Below, one piece after another: positions 53,152-60,699 of a stretch of DNA of 64,000 nucleotides (position 1 is the stretch's first letter; every line of letters begins with the position of its first letter). Source of the DNA: a virus (lineage: Duplodnaviria; Caudoviricetes); the IMG/VR virus record IMGVR_UViG_3300025679_000005; one strand, given 5' to 3'. Position numbers and translations under genes: made by a program. The notes beneath the pieces were generated by a model that was given only the letters and a program-made list of their open reading frames with translations, was not told where the DNA came from and ran no database searches.

Positions 53152-55084
53152 TCGTCCCTAGAGGAGCCACCGACACTGCGCCGCTATCGACACAGCCTTC
53201 CGGTTTGCCTTGCTTACGCTTGGCGCTCTTCCTATTGTGCTCAGGAGCTTTCGCTACTGAGTTTTGGGTCTGCTCTGCCCGAGCAGACCTTTCGGCCCAC
53301 GCTGTTTGGCGTATGGCCAGAAATTCTGGATTGTCAAAGTCCCGGAGATTCATAGCTGCGTTCGCATCTCGATGATTCTCTGGGAGGTGCCCCCTACGAG
53401 GCTCTCGAACGGATCCTACACCGAAGCCGCAGCTCTGGCATCGGAAATATTCGTTAGAACCCAACTTCCTGTTGAGGACCCCGCAGGCATGGCATTGCTG
53501 AGATGTGTATTGAGGCTCCTTGGCGTGGACTACCGCTCCTGCCCAGGTCGCCTTGTAGGTCAATTGCTGGCGAATTGCATAAGGTCCGATCTTGGCCCAC
53601 ATTTTGGCAAAGACCCGTCGCATGCGCTTGGATGCGTTCGAGCCAAGGTCTTGCTTCGCCATCATACCCTTGATGTCCAAGTCCTCGACATGGTAGGTGC
53701 TTGCGCCCTGATCAATCAGGCGTCGAGTGACCTGATGGCGTAGATCCCCCAACAGGTCCGTGATCTTGGAGTCAATGCGTCGGACTTGGCTCTCAACATC
53801 AAGGTAGCCGTTGGAGGGCTTTTGACGGATCGCTTTGCCTTTGGGGTCTAGGCGCACGCTGCCTTGATTGACGAGGACGATACCGTTCTTGTTCGCGGCT
53901 TCGACTGCGACTCGACCTTGTCTTCTGGAGAGTCTCCTCTGGAGGACAGCTTTTTTGCGTTCGAGCTTCTCGACCGTCTTCATAGCCTTCAGGTAGAATT
54001 CCTGAGCATAAATCTTGGCATTGGAGTCAACGACAAATGTCCGTTTGCCCAGGTCGATGCCTAAGGTCTCGCCAGTGCGAGGTTTTGGGTCCGGGGCATC
54101 GATCTCGACTGTCAGAGACAGGTACCAATGAGTCCCTCGTTTTTGGACGGCGACCTGAGTGTGGTTGACGTGATGAACCCCAATAGGGAAATACTTTGGA
54201 CGAGCCAATAGGATCCACTCGTGACCTTTTCCAAAGAACTTGCCAGCTCCTTGGATTTTGATCCGATCTCCCTGTATGGTAACTGTCGTAGACACTCGGA
54301 CAGCACCAGCCTCCGTCGTATAGGCTTCCTCTGGAATTATTGGGAAAGCCGTCACCTTCCCCAATTCCTTGAATGTTGGCTGATTCATCCGGAATTTAGG
54401 AGGGCTCTTCCCAGCCGCCTTGAACTTAGGGTACCCACTAGCTGGAACTCCTGGGGGCGGCTTTACCATGCGATCAAAAGCAAAGTCCACATCCGCGAGT
54501 GCCTCACGACTTACATAGGCAGTAGCTTGGTCCTTCAGGGGCGTTTTGCCGTACAGTGCTTGGGCATTCCTAGGGAATTTGACTATGGGGTCTTCGGCCC
54601 CAGGCTCCCATGCGTCTAGACCTAGGACTCGTGATGCCTGAGGTTGTAACTCCGAAAGATGCGATTCGAGCCATCGAATCGCATTGTTTGGGTTCACACC
54701 CTTGTACTTGTCACCGATCTTTAGGGAACCTTCGATACTGGGGGTTAGAAGGACATCCCCTAGCGGGCCGGAGAACTTCCAACCGCTAGCTTTCTGGCCC
54801 TCTTCTCGGAATTTCTCGTGCGTGTACCCAAGAGCTGTGAACAGAGCTTCGACATCGTAAATGGTTTGAGGGCGCTTGGCCTTTAGCTCTTTTGCGGACA
54901 GGTCCACCCACCCTCGGCGTAGTCCCAGTAGGTAGAGCTGCACCTTGTATGCCTTGTACTCCGCTGTCCTTACTGCGACACCGTGGTTATACGTTCGTCG
55001 AGTGACCCTGCACCAACGAGACAGTTCTTGTTCTTGCCTTGCTGTAGGGTAGATTCGACTTACGTAAGCTTTGTGGATCCTCAT
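53135..55084 (-). CDS. cas12: Compact type V CRISPR effector candidate (TnpB-derived RuvC nuclease, Cas12f/Cas14/V-U-like), 649 aa
   Basis: N-terminal YVSRIYPTARQEQEL; RuvC-I LGIDLG, RuvC-II YHVEDL, zinc finger CHAC...CQSC, RuvC-III HRDANAA; adjacent array and anti-repeat. Confidence 0.85.
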   Translation of the reverse strand: MRIHKAYVSRIYPTARQEQELSRWCRVTRRTYNHGVAVRTAEYKAYKVQLYLLGLRRGWVDLSAKELKAKRPQTIYDVEALFTALGYTHEKFREEGQKASGWKFSGPLGDVLLTPSIEGSLKIGDKYKGVNPNNAIRWLESHLSELQPQASRVLGLDAWEPGAEDPIVKFPRNAQALYGKTPLKDQATAYVSREALADVDFAFDRMVKPPPGVPASGYPKFKAAGKSPPKFRMNQPTFKELGKVTAFPIIPEEAYTTEAGAVRVSTTVTIQGDRIKIQGAGKFFGKGHEWILLARPKYFPIGVHHVNHTQVAVQKRGTHWYLSLTVEIDAPDPKPRTGETLGIDLGKRTFVVDSNAKIYAQEFYLKAMKTVEKLERKKAVLQRRLSRRQGRVAVEAANKNGIVLVNQGSVRLDPKGKAIRQKPSNGYLDVESQVRRIDSKITDLLGDLRHQVTRRLIDQGASTYHVEDLDIKGMMAKQDLGSNASKRMRRVFAKMWAKIGPYAIRQQLTYKATWAGAVVHAKEPQYTSQQCHACGVLNRKLGSNEYFRCQSCGFGVGSVREPRRGHLPENHRDANAAMNLRDFDNPEFLAIRQTAWAERSARAEQTQNSVAKAPEHNRKSAKRKQGKPEGCVDSGAVSVAPLGTTANES

Positions 55085-55449
55085 GATTTGATTGCTCGCT
55101 CCACTGCATCCAACAAGTCCGATTTGTGGGCTGGTTTGAACAAGACCTTGGCTTCTCCGATGTCTTGCAAAGCCGACATGACGGCTATAGGGGACCCTGT
55201 GTTGAATACGAAGCGCTTAGCCATCTTGGGCTTTGCTTTGATAGCAGCCTGCATGAGGGCGGGGCCGGACAGAACCGGCATCTCGCCGTCAGAGACCACA
55301 CAATCGTAGTCCTTCGCCAGGAGCCCCTTCAGGGCCTTCTCGCTGTCGATGTAGGTGTCCACATCGTAACCCGAAAGACGCAGAGTCCTGGACAGGGCCT
55401 CAGCCACTTCCGGACTGTCGTCTACGACTAGTACCTTTTTCATCGCCAT
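55081..55449 (-). CDS. Single-domain response regulator (CheY-like receiver)
   Basis: VLVVDD, phospho-acceptor SDGEMP, T (NTG), KP. Confidence 0.9.
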   Translation of the reverse strand: MAMKKVLVVDDSPEVAEALSRTLRLSGYDVDTYIDSEKALKGLLAKDYDCVVSDGEMPVLSGPALMQAAIKAKPKMAKRFVFNTGSPIAVMSALQDIGEAKVLFKPAHKSDLLDAVERAIKS

Positions 55450-55458
55450 GTTCTACAG

Positions 55459-55486
55459 TACGGCCCAAGAGGGGGCGGCTTAAGGG
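55459..55486 (-). promoter_or_regulatory. Class A promoter-like motif CCCTTAA-N16-CCGTA upstream of the response regulator-cas12 unit
   Basis: 16-nt spacing; the upstream box includes the rnhB stop codon. Confidence 0.62.
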
Positions 55487-56115
55487 AGAGCTTCCAGAAT
55501 CTTACGGATGGGGGCGTAGCTGCGACGGTGTATGTCACACACCCCTAGTTTTTCTAGTCCAGCGATGTGTGCCGGAACTCCGTAGCCAGAATTTTTCGCA
55601 AAATCGTACCCGGGGTACTTCTTGTCCATCTCGACCATGTACCGGTCCCGGGAGACCTTGGCGATGATGCTGCCCAGGGAGACGGCGGGGATGAGGTCAT
55701 CAGCTTTGGGGAGACCTATGAGCCCGGGTATGTCGAATCTCTTCTCCTGCCCTTTGAAGCCGTCGACAATGACCAAGGTGTCAGCGGCCGTAGTCCCCTT
55801 CAAAAGCTCCGTGAGGACCCTCCTGTGCGCTGCAATGAGGGCTTCCCAGATACCTACCTTGTCGATGGTCTGGGAGCTGACAGCAACTCGGCAGTAGAGG
55901 ACCGGAGTCGTCTCCGTCCACTTCTTGTAAGCGGCCTCTCGTTTGGCCTCGGAGAGCTTCTTGGAATCGCCCACCCCCGGGTCTTCCCAGCTCCTAGGGA
56001 GGCGAGTGCCTGCGACTACTAAATTTCCGGCCCAACAGCCGAACCCAACTTCGTCCGAGCCCACCACCCAAGAGGCGGTCGAATTGTCTATTTCAGGAAC
56101 GCCCGTGGGTTTCAT
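55480..56115 (-). CDS. rnhB: Ribonuclease HII
   Basis: GSDEVG, DSKKL, IVDG, KAD, SIIAKVSRD, GYG, HRRSY. Confidence 0.93.
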   Translation of the reverse strand: MKPTGVPEIDNSTASWVVGSDEVGFGCWAGNLVVAGTRLPRSWEDPGVGDSKKLSEAKREAAYKKWTETTPVLYCRVAVSSQTIDKVGIWEALIAAHRRVLTELLKGTTAADTLVIVDGFKGQEKRFDIPGLIGLPKADDLIPAVSLGSIIAKVSRDRYMVEMDKKYPGYDFAKNSGYGVPAHIAGLEKLGVCDIHRRSYAPIRKILEALP

Positions 56116-56136
56116 CCACAGTTATTACACCGAATA

Positions 56137-56376
56137 CTACAGGTCGAAGTCTGACAGGCGTTCCCAAAATGACTTTGAGCCATAGGGATCTCTATCTTGT
56201 TTTTTACGGCAGGCCTGACAGATAGCGCCCGCTACCCTACCGGCTCTGCCAATCTCACTGCACCTAATCGCACAAGGGATCTTCTTCGAGATCGTAATCA
56301 ATTCCGATACAGTCAATGAATTGGGGTCTAGGGTCCTCTCAGTCAGATACCTAGTAACCCATTCCTCTGCTGTCAT
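56137..56376 (-). CDS. Small hypothetical protein (MTAEEW...)
   Basis: ATGA overlap with the stop of 56373..56642; Cys cluster. Confidence 0.55.
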   Translation of the reverse strand: MTAEEWVTRYLTERTLDPNSLTVSELITISKKIPCAIRCSEIGRAGRVAGAICQACRKKQDRDPYGSKSFWERLSDFDL

Positions 56377-56642
56377 CGCCGGCTCCGGCTCCCGCTCACG
56401 CTCCGGCTCCCGCTCACGCTCCAGCTCACGCTCCGGCTCACGCTCCGGCTCCGGCTCCCGCTCACGCTCCAGCTCCGGCTCCGGCTCCGGCTCCGGCTCC
56501 CGCTCCGGCTCCAGTTCCAGCTCCAGTTCCCGCTCCGGCTCCCGCTCCGGCTCCCGCTCACGCTCACGCTCCAGCTCCGGCTCCGGCTCCGGCTCCCGCT
56601 CCCGCTCACCAGGTATGCCTCGAACATTAAACAAGGGTTCAT
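56373..56642 (-). CDS. Ser-X dipeptide-repeat (SR/SG/SW/SV) low-complexity protein
   Basis: ATGA overlaps at both ends identify this frame rather than the EPER frame. Confidence 0.6.
   Translation of the reverse strand: MNPCLMFEAYLVSGSGSRSRSRSWSVSVSGSRSGSRSGNWSWNWSRSGSRSRSRSRSWSVSGSRSRSVSRSVSWSVSGSRSVSGSRSRR
56379..56608. repeat. Hexanucleotide tandem repeat (about 38 units)
   Basis: Minus-strand units AGCCGG/AGCGGG/AGCTGG/AGCGTG/AACTGG. Confidence 0.9.
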
Positions 56643-56977
56643 ATCTGCTCCCTAGGCAATTCATGAGGCCATTTCACATGATCCAAAAATGTGCTCCGAT
56701 TGAGGGTTACTTTCACCCCATCTGGGAATGGCTCGACTTCATCGAAGACCCCTGTTTTAAGCAGGTCTGCGAAGCGGCCGTCAGAAGCAATCCAAGCGGC
56801 CTCGTCCAACTCTAACTCTTCTTCGGACACTGCTGTCACTCTACCTGTATAGTGTGCTGTGATAGTTCTAACGAAGATTTTCGTCCCAATTTCAATTGGT
56901 AGTCGACGTGAGGTGTTCATCCCAAATAGTAGGGCTATCTCGCGCAATTGTTCTAAAGTCAGATTTTGAATTTCCAT
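56639..56977 (-). CDS. Small beta-rich (Sm/SH3-like) phage protein
   Basis: IGTKIFVRTITAHYTGRV...LDEAAWIASDGRF. Confidence 0.55.
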   Translation of the reverse strand: MEIQNLTLEQLREIALLFGMNTSRRLPIEIGTKIFVRTITAHYTGRVTAVSEEELELDEAAWIASDGRFADLLKTGVFDEVEPFPDGVKVTLNRSTFLDHVKWPHELPREQI

Positions 56978-57001
56978 AGAACCCTTTACACCGATCCTAA
57001 G

Positions 57002-57214
57002 CTAAGTACAAGAGCAGGTGGTTTCTGGCCCCGGACCTTTGCCGCGATCACTGCAGGCTTCGCGTTTCAGCTCGTAGCACATGTTCCGGCACCCTCCCGG
57101 GTCGATTTGGGAGTGGCAGCGGACCAAGCATTTCGAGCAGGAACTCCTGATGTCAGCCGCCGTTCCTGCTGGCCAGGCGAACCCAACCAGCAGGAATAGG
57201 ATAGCGGCTTTCAT
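57002..57214 (-). CDS. Small secreted 8-Cys peptide
   Basis: Signal peptide MKAAILFLLVGFAWPAGTAA; ATGA overlap with the cca stop. Confidence 0.55.
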   Translation of the reverse strand: MKAAILFLLVGFAWPAGTAADIRSSCSKCLVRCHSQIDPGGCRNMCYELKREACSDRGKGPGPETTCSCT

Positions 57215-58347
57215 AGGACACACTCTTGAGTGAGGGCCTCTTGGAGGGTTTCCGCAGTGATTGCAGGATCCTTGAGGACCATCAGCCGGGCTTTAGCCAC
57301 CGTCTGGGAGATGGCAGGACCGCTCAGCCCTGTATCCTTGATGAATTTCAAGGCGTCGAAGGGCGGTTTCAGGAACTTCAGGTAGTGTGCATCGAGTTCG
57401 GCATCGGAGTGGTGCCAGGAGAATTCCTGGAGCAAGCGGTATTCCTCTTGGCTGAGGGAGTGCCCCACCATCAACGGGCTGGTGAAGTTCATCAGCTTGA
57501 GGAGGGTACTGGTGTCTTTGACCGTGTTGTTGATGCCACGCCTCATTCGACCTTGGGGCACCATCATGAACACGATCTCCAACAAGCCTAGGTGGTGCAT
57601 GGCATCCAGCGCCAGCTCCAATTGGGGCTTGGGTAGGGTCAAGATCTTCTCGATGAAGATCATGGCCACTACCTCGTAGGGCAGACGACGAAGCTCTTCC
57701 GCCTTGCTCTTGAAGGCAAGCCAGGTGTCTGCACTAGGGGTGAGACCGTACTTGGCCCAGAACCGAATGCCACGAAGAATCCTTGAGGGGTCTTCGTCGA
57801 AGGTTTCCTCGGGATGCAAAGGCGTACGCAAGATCTTCTCCTGCAAGTCGTAGAGGCCTTTGCCCAGCAGATCAATGATCGGAGCCGATTCCGGCCCTTC
57901 CACGAGATCACCTAGACGCCACATGAGCGTACCGATTGTAAAATCGCGGCGGCTTAGGTCTTCTAAAAGTGTGCCGACGGCCACTTCCGACGGCTTATGC
58001 CCATCCTTCTTGGACTTGTTGTACTTTTCTTTGCGAGAAGTGACGATCTCGACCTTTTGACCTCGGAGGCTGACCCCTTGGAAGACGATGTCCTCAGCCA
58101 CGGGACCCAGGTGGACGACCCCGTACTGGTCAGGGTGACAGCCAACGTGAAGGCGCTTGGCAACTTCTTCGGCGAGAACCACTGTGGTTCGGCCTTCGGC
58201 GGGTTCCACGACCACATCGAGGTCTTTGACCCCGAAGCCTAGGACGAAGTCTCGAACGGCCCCACCCACGATGTAGCTGTCCCGACCCATGCCTACGGCT
58301 AGGGCTGATTCAGCGAGGAGGCGTAGCATTGCTTCTTCAGGGGTCAT
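57211..58347 (-). CDS. cca: Class II tRNA nucleotidyltransferase (CCA-adding / poly(A) polymerase family)
   Basis: VGGAVRD...DLDV, TSRKE, RRDFT, EDPSRILRGIRF. Confidence 0.88.
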   Translation of the reverse strand: MTPEEAMLRLLAESALAVGMGRDSYIVGGAVRDFVLGFGVKDLDVVVEPAEGRTTVVLAEEVAKRLHVGCHPDQYGVVHLGPVAEDIVFQGVSLRGQKVEIVTSRKEKYNKSKKDGHKPSEVAVGTLLEDLSRRDFTIGTLMWRLGDLVEGPESAPIIDLLGKGLYDLQEKILRTPLHPEETFDEDPSRILRGIRFWAKYGLTPSADTWLAFKSKAEELRRLPYEVVAMIFIEKILTLPKPQLELALDAMHHLGLLEIVFMMVPQGRMRRGINNTVKDTSTLLKLMNFTSPLMVGHSLSQEEYRLLQEFSWHHSDAELDAHYLKFLKPPFDALKFIKDTGLSGPAISQTVAKARLMVLKDPAITAETLQEALTQECVL

Positions 58348-58616
58348 TTGATCTCGTAGGGGTGGTTGACACTATGCTCTTTGGCACGTTCTTCCATCTT
58401 GGGGACGATTGTGGCCAGGATTTCATCGGACAGTTTGCGAAGCAGCATCGCCTCGGAGTCACGCTTTTCAGAGAAAGCCTTCGTGGCTTTCTCCAACAAG
58501 AATCCTGCGACTGTCTGAGCACCAGCCTTATGCCCTTCCAACCACTTTTGGGTGGCCAGATTGTCGAAGGAGTAGCAGTTGCCTTCGTTGTCTTTGAGGA
58601 GGGTGTCTTGGCTCAT
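58344..58616 (-). CDS. Hypothetical protein
   Basis: 90 aa; ATGA overlap with cca. Confidence 0.55.
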   Translation of the reverse strand: MSQDTLLKDNEGNCYSFDNLATQKWLEGHKAGAQTVAGFLLEKATKAFSEKRDSEAMLLRKLSDEILATIVPKMEERAKEHSVNHPYEIK

Positions 58617-58633
58617 ACTGTTCTAGACACCAT

Positions 58634-58661
58634 AACGGTTCGTGGCCGCCAAGATTAAGCC
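58634..58661 (-). promoter_or_regulatory. Class A promoter-like motif GGCTTAA-N16-CCGTT
   Basis: 16-nt spacing; upstream of the operon containing cca. Confidence 0.55.
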
Positions 58662-58697
58662 TCCCCAACCGAATAATTTGGTGTAAGCTCCAGGGGC

Positions 58698-59261
58698 ATG
58701 GCCGAAATCGACGATCCCCTAGAGGCAGCTTGGGCAGAGGTCCGCGTCCCCAGGACGGAAGCCGATGGTCCAGATGCAGTCCCGGACTTCTCGTCCTTTG
58801 CGAGACCACAAGACCTTGTCATTGGTTCCAAGAACAACCCTCTAGCCATCATCAGGCCAGACGGCGGTGTTGCAATCCGTCCAGGGTACACTCCCGATCA
58901 AGTCGCTGCGGAATTCTGGGAGGTCATGGGCCAACGGCGGTTGGAGATGGAGGAGCGGCTTCTCCTGTTCGCCCACATGGAGGCTGTATTCGTTCGTCTG
59001 GGTCAGGCTGACCTACGGGCCGAAGACCTCCGTCGTCGAGCTGCCGAAGAAACTGACGAAACTCGTGCCAGAGAGCTTACCCAATTGGCCGAGCTGGCCG
59101 TACGTCGTTTGGAAATGGTAGCTCACGAAGCAATCGAACTTGGCCGAGGTATGGCCCGCAGGGACATCCCGGCGCCTCCCGTACCTCCAGTGATCCCGCG
59201 AGTCATTCAGGAGAACGAGAACTCCACCTACAGTGGAGCAGAAGGGTTGGGAGAAACATGA
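58698..59261 (+). CDS. Hypothetical helical protein
   Basis: 187 aa; TGGTGTA 12 nt upstream of the ATG. Confidence 0.55.
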   Translation: MAEIDDPLEAAWAEVRVPRTEADGPDAVPDFSSFARPQDLVIGSKNNPLAIIRPDGGVAIRPGYTPDQVAAEFWEVMGQRRLEMEERLLLFAHMEAVFVRLGQADLRAEDLRRRAAEETDETRARELTQLAELAVRRLEMVAHEAIELGRGMARRDIPAPPVPPVIPRVIQENENSTYSGAEGLGET

Positions 59262-59377
59262 CCTACATTCCCCCATTCTGGCCCTGTTTCCTGGGTTTGG
59301 CCGTTCCCTGGGCCGTGGCGATGTGGTTCATCATCGGGCGTAAACCAGCTTCGTACTATTTGAGGAAACGCCCTTAA
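59258..59377 (+). CDS. 39-aa membrane peptide (missing from the ORF track)
   Basis: ATGA overlap; MTYIPPFWPCFLGLAVPWAVAMWFIIGRKPASYYLRKRP, one TM segment and a basic tail. Confidence 0.5.
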   Translation: MTYIPPFWPCFLGLAVPWAVAMWFIIGRKPASYYLRKRP

Positions 59378-59398
59378 CTTCTTCGGGCGGTCTCCGTT
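59371..59398 (+). promoter_or_regulatory. Class A promoter-like motif CCCTTAA-N16-CCGTT
   Basis: CCCTTAACTTC shared with the 30.5-kb and 46.7-kb copies; 9 nt before the ATG at 59408. Confidence 0.7.
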
Positions 59399-59401
59399 CT
59401 A

Positions 59402-59638
59402 TTGAGCATGAAACTCACCAAATCGTATCTCGGAAACGACCTGACCATCGATTTCACTGCGCTCGCCGTGGCAAACATCGAGGAGACCGGAATCGATTGG
59501 ACCGACGATTACCACGATGTGCGCACTGGGCAGATCACCGAGGAGGCTCTCCGCGAGAAATGCCTCGACGGCTGCGACCAGGACCGACACACCGGCTGGA
59601 TTGACTATTGCGAGGAAATCGTACGCGCTGCTCATTGA
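59402..59638 (+). CDS. Small acidic hypothetical protein
   Basis: 78 aa (likely start MKLTKS at 59408). Confidence 0.55.
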   Translation: MSMKLTKSYLGNDLTIDFTALAVANIEETGIDWTDDYHDVRTGQITEEALREKCLDGCDQDRHTGWIDYCEEIVRAAH

Positions 59639-59651
59639 AACGAGAGAGTGG

Positions 59652-60428
59652 CTATTTGCCATCCGTCTTTTCCTTTTTCCCCCCAGAGGCAGGCCTCCCG
59701 TGGAAGGTCCTGCAATCGCACACAGGTTGCCAAGGTGTTCCAACCGTAGCACCGGCACCCCAGCATTTACGATTGCGGCCCCGCCCAATGTGCTCCTCCC
59801 GAATATGCCCGCACGTACACGTGTCTTGTGACGTTTGTAGCGTTGGATGTACGCGAGGGGGGAAATGCCGTTTGGGAGGGGGACCTGTGGTAGGTACCAC
59901 TCTCTGTAGTGAGGGTGAGGTAGGACGCTCGCCCCATGCTTGGATGTAGCGTATAGCCCCCTGTAGAATTGTTATGTCTTCTCGGGACTGAGCGAGGACA
60001 CGATTACAATGCCCATGCACGAATCCACGTACGCATTTCCCGCAAGCAAAGGCCCCTGGACAACAAGAACGGTCATGATCGACCTGTGCACCTAGGGAAC
60101 CCTTACCCCCTAGCAACATGGGTTGTTGGCAAACACCACACAAACCCTTCTGTGCCGCCCACAATGCTGCACAATCTACACCGAAGGCCGCTGTCTTCTG
60201 CTTTAGAAGAAACTGATCACGATCGGTCTCGCGGCGTGTCTTGTTGTAAGCAGCATGTTGCTCACGATTGATGTTGTATCGTTCGTGCAATCCAGCCAGG
60301 CGGACTAGATACTTGGGGTCGTCGGAGGCACACATACCACGTTGTGTACGACATTTATCGCAGAACCTGCCTCCACCACGGCGGTTATCCTCGGTTAGTC
60401 CAACGCGACAATCCTTGCAATGCTTCAC
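59652..60428 (-). CDS. Endonuclease VII-family (His-Me finger) nuclease
   Basis: QKGLCGVC...VDHDRSCC...CVRGFVHGHCN. Confidence 0.8.
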   Translation of the reverse strand: MKHCKDCRVGLTEDNRRGGGRFCDKCRTQRGMCASDDPKYLVRLAGLHERYNINREQHAAYNKTRRETDRDQFLLKQKTAAFGVDCAALWAAQKGLCGVCQQPMLLGGKGSLGAQVDHDRSCCPGAFACGKCVRGFVHGHCNRVLAQSREDITILQGAIRYIQAWGERPTSPSLQRVVPTTGPPPKRHFPPRVHPTLQTSQDTCTCGHIREEHIGRGRNRKCWGAGATVGTPWQPVCDCRTFHGRPASGGKKEKTDGK

Positions 60429-60694
60429 GGCTGTCTTCGCATCTTTCGAACGACTCGGAGCAAGATCAAGTAACCCAGCAAATCTTGCTCGACATCTTCC
60501 CCTGCCGCGCTGCCCCGCGACAACCGGGATAGCTTGTCATCCAGCCGAACACGAATCTGCTCTTCGGGGTCAGCTTTGCTGAAGATCCTGAGCGGGTCCG
60601 TAGCGCTGTCCCCGTATGCAGCATTCTTCGTGAGGAGCAATTTGCACAACGAATCACACTCAGCTTCGATGAGATCACGAACGTTATCAGCCAT
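60425..60694 (-). CDS. DUF1599 / nucleotide-modification-associated domain 1 (MazG-like fold)
   Basis: KNAAYGDS...RVRLDDKLSRL...ED...DLLGY. Confidence 0.75.
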   Translation of the reverse strand: MADNVRDLIEAECDSLCKLLLTKNAAYGDSATDPLRIFSKADPEEQIRVRLDDKLSRLSRGSAAGEDVEQDLLGYLILLRVVRKMRRQP

Positions 60695-60699
60695 AACTT

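Noticed and set aside
52713-53161. ORFs 52713..53009(-) and 52883..53161(+) across the array and tracr region
   Set aside because: They translate repeats and hairpins (GQRGRRNPFKWS recurs) and are better explained as non-coding RNA
48866-54930. Identical heptapeptide LGLRRGW in the zincin and the Cas12-like protein
   Set aside because: Codons differ, there is no flanking similarity, and one such match is expected by chance in a proteome this size
56137-56664. 175-aa EPER-repeat protein and the + strand 164-aa SR ORF
   Set aside because: Alternative frames of the hexamer repeat; ATGA overlaps at both ends favour 56373..56642 plus 56137..56376
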